DNA of 64,000 nucleotides from Podarcis tiliguerta (lineage: Eukaryota): assembly GCA_965153285.1 (NCBI GenBank), contig OZ229116.1. One strand, 5' to 3'. Below the pieces are notes generated by a model, which was not told the DNA's origin, searched no databases, and saw only the letters and a list, made by a program, of their open reading frames with translations. Position numbers and translations under genes: made by a program. Positions 1-10,729 of this stretch are shown here, one piece after another. The number at the start of each line of letters is the position of its first letter. The stretch's first letter is position 1.

Positions 1-820
1 GCATATGTTCTCTTTTTAGGAATAAAGTTCTTCACTGGCAAGCGGTTGGCAATCCATCCTGCCATGGAACATGGAAAAAAGTTCAGCAGCTGGAAGAATG
101 TTCATGCCCTCTTGTACATAGCTTTATTTTTACGTAGCAAATTGAATACATAACCTTTAATATTTTACTGAACTGAGGAAACTCTTCTACTTTTGGACTT
201 CCGTAACCATATTAGACATTGCTTTTTAACAAGTGACAAGTCAACATTTTGAAATCACAGTCTTTTGCTGCACTGAATAAAAACTAAGCTAATTATTGTA
301 AGTTATGATAGGCATCTTGGGTCTGCAGATGATGATCATTGTGGAAGCCCCACTGAAAATGAGGCAATCCAGAATCACTTGCCCCTATCCATTTTAATAG
401 CAGGCTTAGTGATTCCCAGTTTGTTTTATCCAGTACAAAAGACAATAATCACCATTCAAAAGGAAGTTCCTGGGATAGATACTGGAATTCCAGGCATATT
501 CAACATCAGCCAAATATTACAGGTTCCTTAGAAGGTGCACACACAAAATAAATGGTTGGAGACTGCCTGCTTCACATGAACGCCTGAATAGGGAAGCTGT
601 TTGATGCAGCTTCACAGTACAGCTAATCTTTATAGATAAGTAGCTCCTCACATGAGACAACTACTAATGTGTGGCCCCTCATCATGTGAATGCTTCTGAC
701 CATCTGGGGTTTTCTGTTTTAATTGCTTGTAGCAACTTTTATGCAACTGTGCAGAAGATAGGTTTGAATTTCTTATCAAGCTCTCAAGATAAATTATCAT
801 AATGATTCAATGCAAATCAT

Positions 821-826
821 TTTATT
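821..826 (-). terminator. Candidate TERF1 polyadenylation signal (AATAAA)
   Basis: TTTATT on the plus strand about 210 nt past the stop. Another candidate lies at 123-128. Confidence 0.45.
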
Positions 827-1037
827 TGCCTGATAACCAGATACACTACCTTTTCAAAAACCAGCTTAAGCAACAAGACTATTTAATAAAATACACTAGA
901 TTTTTTTGTGTTAAACATACTTACACCAAAATGGTTTTCACTGGTCTGCTGTAAACTACATAAAGGAATCACCTGACAAGATCAGAAATGCAGTATAGGG
1001 AAGAGTGGAGTAAAATGAAAATATTTGGGAAGACAGC

Positions 1038-1196
1038 TTAAACCATATTTAGTCTGACCAAAGTCCTCCATCTGTCTTTCAACATTACATTAGTCCGATG
1101 ATTGAAGTCATAATGTAGAAGAATTTTAGTCCACTTTCCTACTCCAAACTCCTGTACACCCTTTTTCAATTTCTCGTCTTCTTCCCAACTCCATCG
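1038..1196 (-). CDS. TERF1: TERF1 last coding exon (telobox Myb DNA-binding domain)
   Basis: Acceptor after a (GTTTT)n tract. [52 protein letters not shown] carries the telobox signature [12 protein letters not shown] at 1040-1038. Confidence 0.97.
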   Translation of the reverse strand, partial: RWSWEEDEKLKKGVQEFGVGKWTKILLHYDFNHRTNVMLKDRWRTLVRLNMV

Positions 1197-2389
1197 CTTT
1201 AAAAAACAAAACAAAACAAAACATTGTGATATTCAAATATGCACAACACACTTCAAAATATTTTCCTCTACTGTTGAGCTAACAAGCTGTGAAGGAAACC
1301 TTCAGTTCTTACCATTATGATTTTTTAGGACTGAAGGAGTTAAATCTTCTGCATACTTGTAGCCTACAGAAGTGTAGCATTTCAGGAATTGTTCCCACTA
1401 GGGACAAGGTCAATAAATCCCATGTTTTTATGGAAGAAAAACTGTATTTAAATAAGGGACTTGTTTTGATGGAAAGCTAGTCTAGAAACTATTTTAGCAA
1501 GCTTCAAATCTAGGGGTTTTTTTTTATAAAATGACAATCAGCCTAATGACCATCTCTAGCGTGACTGATTTTTCTGCATCATATTTTTAGAAGGCAAAAA
1601 TTCCTTTGAGATAAAAATATATATATCTTCCAACCAATCAAGCAGGGCACAACATTCACTTGCCAACTGAATTCTATTTTTAGCTGCAAAATTGTAAAAA
1701 TATATATATCCATGTATGCAAGCTAACTAAAAAATAGTGCAAGGATTAACAGAAGACACTGTTACAACATTCACTTTGCCTATGGGAGAATTGAACAATG
1801 GCAACATTGAACAGAGTAACCACTCAGAGAGTTGTAAAAAGTCAACAGCCTTTTGAACATTCACAGTGTTCTTTCATGTAAAATCTTCTATAAACATCCG
1901 TCACTATTGAAATGGGTAGGTTCAGCTTGTTTGGAATACTCAAAAGAGCTGCTTTGAGCTCTGAGATTATTTCAATAACAAAGATTGTGAAGAAAAGCAA
2001 CGTATCTACTTATTTTAGGGAGAACCTGAAATTGTCCACACTAAACACAGTATTTTAAGTCTGGGATTGCTGGCTTCCCAAGCTTGCTAGGCCAAGACCC
2101 TCTCCTGCCAAGCTGTGATGTCACTTGTCAACTCTGGAAAGGAGTTTCTGCGCAAGTAGGGGCACCTTCATCTTCATGGAGGGCACAACAATCAATGGGT
2201 AGCTGAGATGGCTACATTCCAATCTCAAAGGCAGTATCTAAATAGCAATTTCTGGGAATCACAAGATTGGAGAGTGATGTTGTGGGCTTCTCATAGGCAT
2301 AGACTGGCCACTGTGACAGCATGAAACTGGATTCAATGGGCCCTTCTAAGGACATGGTCTGCATTTTATAACCCTTCCCCCATTCATAC

Positions 2390-2463
2390 CTGTCTCTTAA
2401 AACTTGTTGACAGAGATAAAGTATCTTCTTGACCATTTTCAGGATCATGCAGCTCCCTCTTGT
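2390..2463 (-). CDS. TERF1: TERF1 coding exon 8 (linker ending KRQ)
   Basis: Acceptor gaactag, donor CAG|gtatga, 74 nt, phase 1-0. (N)KRELHDPENGQEDTLSLSTSFKRQ ends in KRQ, as the human pre-Myb exon does. Confidence 0.82.
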
Positions 2464-2879
2464 CTAGTTCAGGTAACAAACAAAATAAATATTTTGAATC
2501 TTTCAACTACAATGTATTATTAATGGCCTAATACTCAGAAATTTTCTTAATACAGATTTATTGCAAAACAGTAGAAGATAATTTAAATAGCAGTTAATTC
2601 TGTGGGTACAGCTTTGTTGCTTCTATAAGATAGTATGTACAACTACATCAACTAATAAGAGATAAGAACTAGGTGACAAGAAAGCTTGCCAATAATTTAG
2701 TTGTGTGGAGAGCCAAATATGCACGGTTTACTTGCAATTTAGCAATAGCCCAGGGCAACCCAAAGTGACTTGCAACCAACTAACCAGACAGATAACACAC
2801 ACAAAAACAAAAAACAAACAAACCAAGAGGTATTAAGAAAAACAAAAACATCCTACCCACTTCTAAAAGGCAACAGATA

Positions 2880-3855
2880 GTTAAAAGGCAAAAGGCCTGG
2901 TTATAGGGGAAGGTTTTTGCCTGGCACCTAAAGATATATGATGGGGCCAGGTGAGCCTCCCTGGGGAGAGCATTCCACAAGTGGGGAGCCACCACAGAAA
3001 AGGCCTGTTTTTGTGTTGCCACCCTTCAAATCTCTTGTGAAGGGGGTACATAAAGAAGTGCCTCAGATGATGATTGAAGAGTCTGGGTTGGTTCATATGG
3101 AGGCAGGTGGTCCTTGAGGTATTCTAGTCCTGAGCCATTTAAGGCTTTATAGGTCAAAACCATCACTTTGAATTGGCTCTGGAAACAAACTGGCAGCCAG
3201 TTCAGGTGGGCCAGGATCGATGTAATATGCTCAAACTGTCTTGCCCCAGTAAGCAACCTGGCCACTGAACTGTGCACCTGCTGAGGTTTCTGAAGAATCT
3301 TCAGAGGCAGTCCCACTTACAACGGATTGCAGTAATCTATCCTAGAGGTTACCAGAGCATAACTACAGAAATTAGACTCTCCCTGTTCAGTCAGGGAGGC
3401 AGCTGGGCCACCACCTGAAGCTGATGGAAGACACCACTGAGGCTACCTGAGCATCAAGTGACAGAAAAGGATCCAGAAATACCCCCAAGCTACATACCTA
3501 CATCCTCAGAGGGAGTACATAGCCCTATCAAAAGCAGGCAATCTCCCATCCGTCTAGTCTAGGGAACCACCCACTAACAGTTCCTCAGTCTTATCTGGAT
3601 TGAGCTTCAGCTTGTTGGCTCTCTTCCAGTCCATTACCAAGGCAAGGCAATGGTCCACCACATGAACTGCCACACCTGCAGATGCGTGTCAGCAGCATAT
3701 TGCTCACAACGTACAGTCATACCTCGGGTTGCGAACGCTGTGGGTTGCGAATGTGCCTCCCACACGGATCACGTTTGCAACCTGAGGTATGACTGTACTC
3801 CACACCCCCAGATAACCCCACCCAGCGATTTCATGTAGATGTTAAACAACATCCA
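2880..3855 (-). mobile_element. L2/CR1-clade LINE, 5'-truncated and decayed (RT end to ORF2 C-terminus)
   Basis: Decayed translation: MLFNIYMK...QYAADTH (YADD-derived), ARLLTG...HITSILAHLNWLPV..FKVMVLTYKALNG, AFSVVAPHLWNALP. Frameshifted. Confidence 0.85.
3714..3795. mobile_element. 82-bp Tc1/mariner mini-MITE nested in an L2 fragment
   Basis: TIR CAGTCATACCTCGGGTTGCGAACG / CGTTTGCAACCTGAGGTATGACTG, with TA TSD at 3712-3713 and 3796-3797. Confidence 0.85.
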
Positions 3856-4045
3856 AGTAGGACCAGAACCACGTCAAGTCCTAAATAGTTGGTACCAAAA
3901 ATAGTTTAAGGCTGTGATCCAAGTATGAATGCACAGTAATTATATGCAGTTTTCTTGGATTTAAAAACTTATAGCAGTATTTCAATTATTTATCCACCAA
4001 AATTAAAATGGAGTTCATATACACTGAAAGGATTGCAGCACTTAC

Positions 4046-4149
4046 TTTGAAGAGCACTTCCTTTTCTCCTTATTTTTCTCTGGGGAGTCTGTAGTTGCCA
4101 TGAATCCCAAGGTACTTGGCTAGCTAATGAACAAGTTTGTCTATTTGAG
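4046..4149 (-). CDS. TERF1: TERF1 coding exon 7 (basic linker, NLS-like RKIRRK)
   Basis: Acceptor cctttatag, donor A|gtaagt, 104 nt. Phase 2-1 fits both neighbours with an open frame (S)SNRQTCSLASQVPWDSWQLQTPQRKIRRKGSALQ. Confidence 0.82.
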
Positions 4150-5202
4150 CTATAAAGGAATGAAACATACATAAATTTCAAGCCTTAACTATTTTGAATT
4201 CATGCTAGAATATATTTTTCCAGTGATTTTTCTTTGCTGAATGGAGTTTATTTGAGGGAAGGGTGAGATCAGAATTAAGAACAAAATCAATATAACTTTG
4301 GCCACATTCCACAAAGCTTAGTGCCTCATGCTACAAAATACATTCCTCTTGGGAGGCCCCAAACATAGGCAGTGATGAAGTGGACGTCCAAATAATATTT
4401 TGCTTTGTATCAAATTAGGATACTCTACCAACATTTTATCCTGCATATAGAAAATCTGTCACCATCTCTCTCAAACGTCAGAATCCCTTTTAATATAAGT
4501 AAATTTCTATAACACTATATTTCAGCTGCATTCTTCATATTATATAGGGACACGTGATGCTGTGGAAGTAAATACTGTACCCAATTTTACTACTACTGAG
4601 TAGGAATCTGGGTTTTAAAGTTCTGTTTGGCCAATACTGCTACTTTTACCATTCTGTAGTGCCTTAACATCTTCAGCCATGCTGCCTGATGCGGACTCTC
4701 CCTGCATTCACCCCACCCCAGGTCTATTTCAGGAAGCTCCCAGGTTAGGGTTCCAAGGAAAGTTGCATCACTGCCAACCACTCTTGGGTACAACACCATC
4801 CTGGTTAGTAGGGAAAAGTGAATAAGAAGGACAGATAGATATAGTTATTGTGCATCTGTGGGGCACCTCCTATTTACAGTGCCCATTGGCAGAGCAAGAA
4901 AAAGTTTCTCTCAGTGTAGTTGTATGAAAACATGAAAACATACAATGTTTTTGAGATGGAGATGCTATACAGAAACCCTAATGTCTCACTAGATAGCTAG
5001 TGCTTTTCCAGCTTATGCCTCTACTTGCTAAACTTTACTATGATAAAAACATGACAAAATGTAGTCTTGAGCTAAGGAAAATATGGTTTCACACAAACAA
5101 AAAGGAATAAATCCCTGCTCGCACCTACACTACCCTTGCTATAATAAAGCTGTAGTAACAAGAACCATGTTCAATATGTACTTACTTTAAAGTGATACTA
5201 AC

Positions 5203-5312
5203 CTTTGTTTGGTTTCCAAACAGCTTTCTTTCTTTGATTCAGTTACACTGTTACATTGCAATTGTAACGTTATTTTTCCTGAACTTCTAGCTTCTACTTC
5301 TTTCATAGCTTC
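5203..5312 (-). CDS. TERF1: TERF1 coding exon 6 (linker)
   Basis: Acceptor tgttttacag, donor AG|gttagt, 110 nt, phase 0-2. Translates EAMKEVEARSSGKITLQLQCNSVTESKKESCLETKQ. The start resembles human AAAKVVESK. Confidence 0.88.
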
Positions 5313-5486
5313 CTGTAAAACAGAGCAGAAATGCCACTTTAATTAACCAGAAACAAAAAGTAGTGCATTGTTCTTAGAAATACTATATCCATTTCTTGGG
5401 GGGTGGGGGGAGTAAAACTACACTACAATGTTAAGAACAAATTTCAATGATTAACGTTCACTCATCTACAACTTAAATGACAGGTA

Positions 5487-5701
5487 CAGTGGACCCTCTG
5501 GGTACAAATTAAATTTGTTCTGGGGGTCCATCCGCAACATGAAAAGTCCTCAGGCAGAGGCGCCACTTCTGTGCACGTGCATGGCGTGATTGAGAGTTTC
5601 TGCGCATGCGACGAAACCCAGAAGTATACACTTCTGGGTTTGCTGCGTTCGTAACCCAAAAGTTAAGTATCTAGAGTGGTATTCAACTAGAGGGTCCACT
5701 G
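5487..5701. mobile_element. Tc1/mariner-superfamily MITE in TERF1 intron 5
   Basis: TIR CAGTGGACCCTC / GAGGGTCCACTG flanked by TA on both sides. Confidence 0.85.
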
Positions 5702-5851
5702 TACACATAAATTGGAATTTTTCAAACCAGGTTTATATTTTGCTTTGTCTTTAAAAGATGTAAATCAATTTTTTCCCTGTTTTTAGTATTTGTTTAATTT
5801 TCCATAAAGTGATATTCATGTGAAGTGAGATTTCCCATTGCTTCAACATAC

Positions 5852-5998
5852 CTGCGTTAGAAAATCAGATTTTTCACTCAAGAAAATACTGATGTATGAT
5901 TTGATGTTCTGAATCAAAAGACTGAAACTGAAATTTCGGAGAAATGGATGATATGGATCTTTCTGTTTTACTATTGCAGCCAGCTTCATTCGCAAAGG
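5852..5998 (-). CDS. TERF1: TERF1 coding exon 5 (end of TRFH)
   Basis: Acceptor gcatttag, donor CAG|gtatgt, 147 nt. [49 protein letters not shown] vs human PFKSKLLMIISQKDTFHSFFQHFSYNHMMEKIKSYVNYVLSEKS. Confidence 0.95.
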
Positions 5999-6508
5999 CT
6001 AAATGCAAATAAATTAAAAAATCAAAAATTAATATATATATATGATCAGGGTTACATTGTATTGTATCTTACTAAGGATATGCACCTTTATGAACAGCTG
6101 TAGTATGTTATTTCTGCCTTCTATGAGCCAAGATTCAAGAAGTTCAGTACAGGTAGGTTCGGTCCATTTGTTATCCTGGTACAAATCACATCACTGCTGC
6201 ACAAATTACCCTTCTTTTATCTAGCATTTTCAATCTAAAAGAATATTTTGCTCTATAGACTTGTTTGCTAAGAAGAAATTTTCAATAATTCTCCATATAG
6301 TTACAGATGGCAAAATGCAGAGTGGCTATCCTATTCAATATAGGGAACTTGATTCTCATTAGTCAAGATCTTTGATGAGCAAGAGCAAGGTCTTCTTGTC
6401 AGCAGCTTGGCTTGGGAAAATATGGAACCCTACCCCGCATGCTTTCTGCCATGCAGATGAGGGGAAAGGAGCAAGGATGAAGCAAATCTGCCCTGCTTAT
6501 CTTGAAGT

Positions 6509-6549
<41 letters not shown>

Positions 6550-6650
6550 ATTTTATTTATATGCTGTTCATCTGACTGGGTTTCCCCAGCAACTCTGGGT
6601 GGCTTCCAAAGAATTATAAAACCACAGTAAAACATCAAACATTAAAAACT
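6509..6650 (-). mobile_element. L2-type 3' tail with (TAC)n microsatellite (6509-6549)
   Basis: CATCTGACTGGGTTTCCCCAGCAACTCTGG is the reverse complement of the tail motif at ~16770-16795. The adjoining trinucleotide run explains the poly-T and poly-S ORFs. Confidence 0.7.
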
Positions 6651-6884
6651 CCTAGGCATTTTCTGATTTTCTCCTTAATTTGAACTGATGTTATTTTTCG
6701 TATCTCTTTTGTAACCCTATTCTACACAGTAATGCAATATATAATTTGACAAACAAGCAATTAGCTTGGTAAATTTACGTATTGCTCATTTATAGGCACC
6801 TGCTACTTTTTAAATTTGTTCCAGACCAAACTGTCTGGAGTAATCAAGCTTCTGGACTCAAAAATATTGAAAATGCAGTATTAC

Positions 6885-6971
6885 CTCATTTGAGAGAGAT
6901 TCCGGAAATATTCTTTCAAGGACTTCTGCAGACTCTGTAAAATATCCTTTTTCCATATACACTGCTACAGC
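6885..6971 (-). CDS. TERF1: TERF1 coding exon 4 (TRFH)
   Basis: Acceptor tctttgtag, donor GAG|gtaata, 87 nt. [29 protein letters not shown] vs human AIAVCMENGNFKEAEEVFERIF. Confidence 0.95.
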
Positions 6972-7229
6972 CTACAAAGAAAGAATACATTCTGGATTGA
7001 TTAAGAGGTGTCACAATTACACAAAAATTTGTAATACTGTATGGGAGCAAAGCTACTTGAATGTTACATGACCAATCTTTGTTAATGGTCTTTCCTAAGA
7101 TTCAATCCTATGGACAATCTTGCTTGGACAGGTCAATGATAGTCCATGAAGAAATTTAAATGAGTGATGCTCTGACTTATTTCCATGGCACATTCAAGCA
7201 AATATGGCTGCATGGATCTACAGACAGAC

Positions 7230-7360
7230 CTGAATCTGAATTAACCGCTTGATGTCTTCATGCAGCTTATCTTGTTTGCTTTGTGTTTTTAAAAATGAAG
7301 TCCAGATTAACAGGGCTTTTTCCAGTGGTGAAGAGTCTTCATCATCCCCCAAATGAAAAC
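7230..7360 (-). CDS. TERF1: TERF1 coding exon 3 (TRFH)
   Basis: Acceptor ccttttaag, donor CAG|gtctgt, 131 nt, phase 1-0. (G)[43 protein letters not shown] matches TRF1 PLESALMIW...DKLHEEIQNLIKIQ. Confidence 0.93.
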
Positions 7361-7569
7361 CTTAAAAGGAAATAAATTGAGAAGGGCAAATAGTGTATTT
7401 CATAAAGAAGACACACACAAAAAGGACACTAAAATTTACCAATCACCATATGCCTCCACAGCTGATGGTTTTAGGTGCCCCTTGCCGTTTGTTAAGCCTC
7501 CTTGTTTAACCCTTAAATGTGACCAGTTTTTGTTCTATCAACCAAATGTAGGGTAGTAAAGGCAATAAC

Positions 7570-7860
7570 TCAGGCCAGACTAGAGAGTCATGGAGGGGAA
7601 ATTGCTGTGGTCTGTAGGAAATGTCTCCCTTCTTCAGACTTCCTGATCACTAGAATGGGGATCTAAGTGTTTTACCTGGTGCTAGGTAATCAGGACAGAT
7701 GATATATTCTTTTGGTTTGCTGTCTGCTGCATTGCCCATCAATCCCAGTGCCTGAGCTGACAGAGAAGATATTAGAGGTGGTGTTGAAGACTCCTATACC
7801 ATTAGTTCTGGGGGAATTCAACATCCACACTGAGCCTGTTAATTCTGGCGTAGCTCAGCT
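7570..7860 (+). mobile_element. L2/CR1-clade APE endonuclease fragment
   Basis: Decayed GGxIAVV and PELTE...VLKTP..LVLGEFNIH (GDFN motif). Confidence 0.65.
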
Positions 7861-8187
7861 TCTAGGCATGAATAATATTGTCACTGCAGACACCCAGCCA
7901 AAGAGTATGAATGGAACTGCTCTGTCAAACTAGGAAGACCTCCTCTTGGATATTCTCAGGACCTATGCATTTGAGATACAAAGAACCATGACTTCAAGAA
8001 GATGGAAAGAAATAGAAGAGTATTCAGGGTACAGCTTCTCATTCGGCACCAGGTGGCATCTTGAAGTGGTAGCACATTATTTGCTGCTTCTGAGTGGCTC
8101 CAAAGCCCAGAACAAAGGCAGACAAATGTAGTCTCAGGGAACGAGCAGAATCCTTCTCTCAGGCCAGACTTTAGACAAGGTCAAGAG

Positions 8188-8417
8188 CACGGGTCAGCAA
8201 CCTTCTTCAGCCGTGGGCTCAGACCATATGGTGGGCCGGATTATATTGGGGGGGGGGAATGAACGAATTCCTATGCCCCACAAATAACCCAGAGATGCCT
8301 TTTAAATAAAAGGACACATTCTACTCATGTAAAAACACGCTGATTCCTGGACTGTCCACAGATTGAGAAAATGATTGGGCCGCATCCGGCCCCTGGGCCT
8401 TAGACTACCTACACCTG
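8188..8417 (+). mobile_element. hAT (Charlie-like) MITE in TERF1 intron 2
   Basis: Perfect 8-bp TSD GTCAAGAG (8180-8187, 8418-8425). Interior TTCCTATGCCCCACAAATAACCCAGAGATG...CATTCTACTCATGTAAAAACA is shared with 62558-62805 in the opposite orientation. Confidence 0.88.
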
Positions 8418-8967
8418 GTCAAGAGCAACAACAGCCTCTTATTGCTTTTAACTTTCCCCAGTGACTTGTGCAAGGGATCACAAATAACAGCTTTCTATCA
8501 AGACCAAACAAAACTTTTAGACACCATTCATGACTGTCCTTTGTTATCTGAGTCTCATCCTTTCCAACCCTATGTCCAAGTTTAGACTGTAAGCTCCTGA
8601 AAACAGCAACTTTTGTTGCTTTGTTATGCCACTCTGTGAAGCACTGCATGCATTGTTGGCACTAAACAAAAGAAGCCTCATTTGATTTATCCGTACAGGT
8701 AACTTACAACTTATGCACATTTAATTTGTGCACATTCAGCTTTATGCACTAGGCTTTTTTAAAAAAACAAACAAAACAACAACATTAAAAGCGGTTTTTT
8801 TGCAATCCCACCCACCATTGAACCAATATGTTTTGACTATACACTACTTTGGCCTTAGGTGCTATCCTCGGAATGTAACCCCAGTGTAAGTTGGGGTTGC
8901 AAAGGAATATTGTAAATATTGTAAAGGAATTACAATGCAAACTGAATAAATTTAGCAGAATATTTAC

Positions 8968-9063
8968 CAAGTGATTTTCCTTCTGCAATATATGCCAACA
9001 GCTGACAAAGGCACACTGTTTTCATTTGATGAGTTTCTATTTGATTTAGTCCTTTGATAATAG
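8968..9063 (-). CDS. TERF1: TERF1 coding exon 2 (TRFH)
   Basis: Acceptor ttctccag, donor G|gtaaat, 96 nt, phase 1-1. (T)[31 protein letters not shown] aligns to human AIIHGLSSLTACQLRTIYICQFLTRIAAGKTL. Confidence 0.93.
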
Positions 9064-10036
9064 CTGGAGAAAGAAAGAGCATACATGATTAGAAGAATTT
9101 TGTTCCTATACTGCCACTGTGTGGTTATCAGTATCAGGAACCTTTTCTGTATCTTAAGCACAGTTACTTGAAATGAAGCTGTACTGAAATCAATAGTACT
9201 ATCTTTCAAATAATTTTATTTAGGACTGGAGCATTCAAGGGCAACTTTTATTTAGTGGCTTACACTGATGCACTCATTCTAAAATATGACTAGTCAATCT
9301 GTCAATGAGATTCATATTTCCATGCAATTATACAACAATAAGTTATAGAGTTATTTTGACCATAGAGGGAGCCAGAGATCAATAGATTTTCAGGCCAATT
9401 TTCAGCATAAATAAATTTCAGGACACTTTTAGGTTGAATGGTGGTAACAACCCAATTCCCCCCCAGTGTGACAGTCTGAAGTAGTTACTTAAGTCATAAA
9501 TGCATTGTGTCTTTGTAAATTTGTCTTAGAAATAATGCAGCACATAACAGCAAACATGATACAATTGCTCAACAGTTTGATACCGTATTTTTAGTGTTCA
9601 TTAATTATTTGACTAGGTCATCTCAGGCAGAACATACTAATCTGCCAAGTTAATCTAAGAGGGAAGCTTTGGTTTCTCTTCCGTAGTTACAACATCAAGG
9701 AAAAGCATTCCCTTATAAGTCCCTGTTCTAAAACCACTGGAATTGTTTTTTTGACTGCTTTTAACTTGTGTTTTTAAATTTGGGAGTTTTGTTGTTTAAA
9801 TTAAGGGACATGGGTTGTGCCTGGGAAGAGAGGAACTGGGAAGAGCTGGCTCTGGGCTACATAGCTGCCATGATGACGAGGGGCCCAACACGTCAACCAG
9901 CCAACGCAGGTGGCAGGCCACACTCTGGACCTTGTTTTCTCAACTGGGCAGGAAGAATCACTTCCTGTTGAGATTGAGGCTTTCAGCACCTTTCCCCTTC
10001 TGCAGAGGCGGGGGCCCTGGGAAAGGTGGTACACCT

Positions 10037-10230
10037 TAACCTGAAACTGTTCTTATCCTGAAGCACCACTTTAGCTAATGGGGCCTCCTGCTGCTGCCGT
10101 GCCACCGCCACGCGATTTCTGTTCTTATCCTGAAGCAAAGTTCCTAACCTGGGGTACTATTTCTGGGTTAGCAGAGTCTGTAACCTGAAGCGTATGTAAC
10201 CTGAAGCGTATGTAACCCGAGGTAACACTG
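10037..10230. mobile_element. Truncated Tc1/mariner-type MITE (one terminus) in TERF1 intron 1
   Basis: Ends GTAACCCGAGGTAACACTG-TA, preceded by subterminal GTAACCTGAAGCGTAT repeats. No left TIR seen. Confidence 0.65.
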
Positions 10231-10729
10231 TATTTCAGAGGGACCTTGGGACAGTTGCTATTTCTCAGCCTAACCTTCCACACTGTTAGAGAGAATAAAA
10301 TTGGAAAAAATCTATTCCTTTAATACCCTGCGCTTGTGATAACAAATTTAACACTAAATAACCTTTTCTCTCACAGAAAATTCCCCAGGAGTCTGAACTT
10401 GCTGTTCTCCAGGGCAATCAGATTGGTGGGATGCGGAAAATTTCATTAGGCACCGCTACAACTGTGTTGGTTGCATTTAGAATGTGGCCAGCAAGCTGCA
10501 GCTTTACAGGGCTATCACATCTTGTACCTGTACCTGCAACGTCTTGTACCTGTACCTGGGCTAACACTGCAGCTGCTAAAAGTACAGGGACACCTCAAGG
10601 GAAAATAAAACAGAGGCATGCTTGGAACCATTCATACTGGCTTTACAGTTGCTATTTGTGTCCTCTTGTTCCTCCTAATAAACTAATATTCTCTCACACA
10701 CACATATACTCTCTCTGTGTGTGAGTAAA

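Noticed and set aside
2780-3316. ORFs 2780-3022 and 3026-3316 as a gene
   Set aside because: Frameshifted remnants of an L2-type LINE ORF2.
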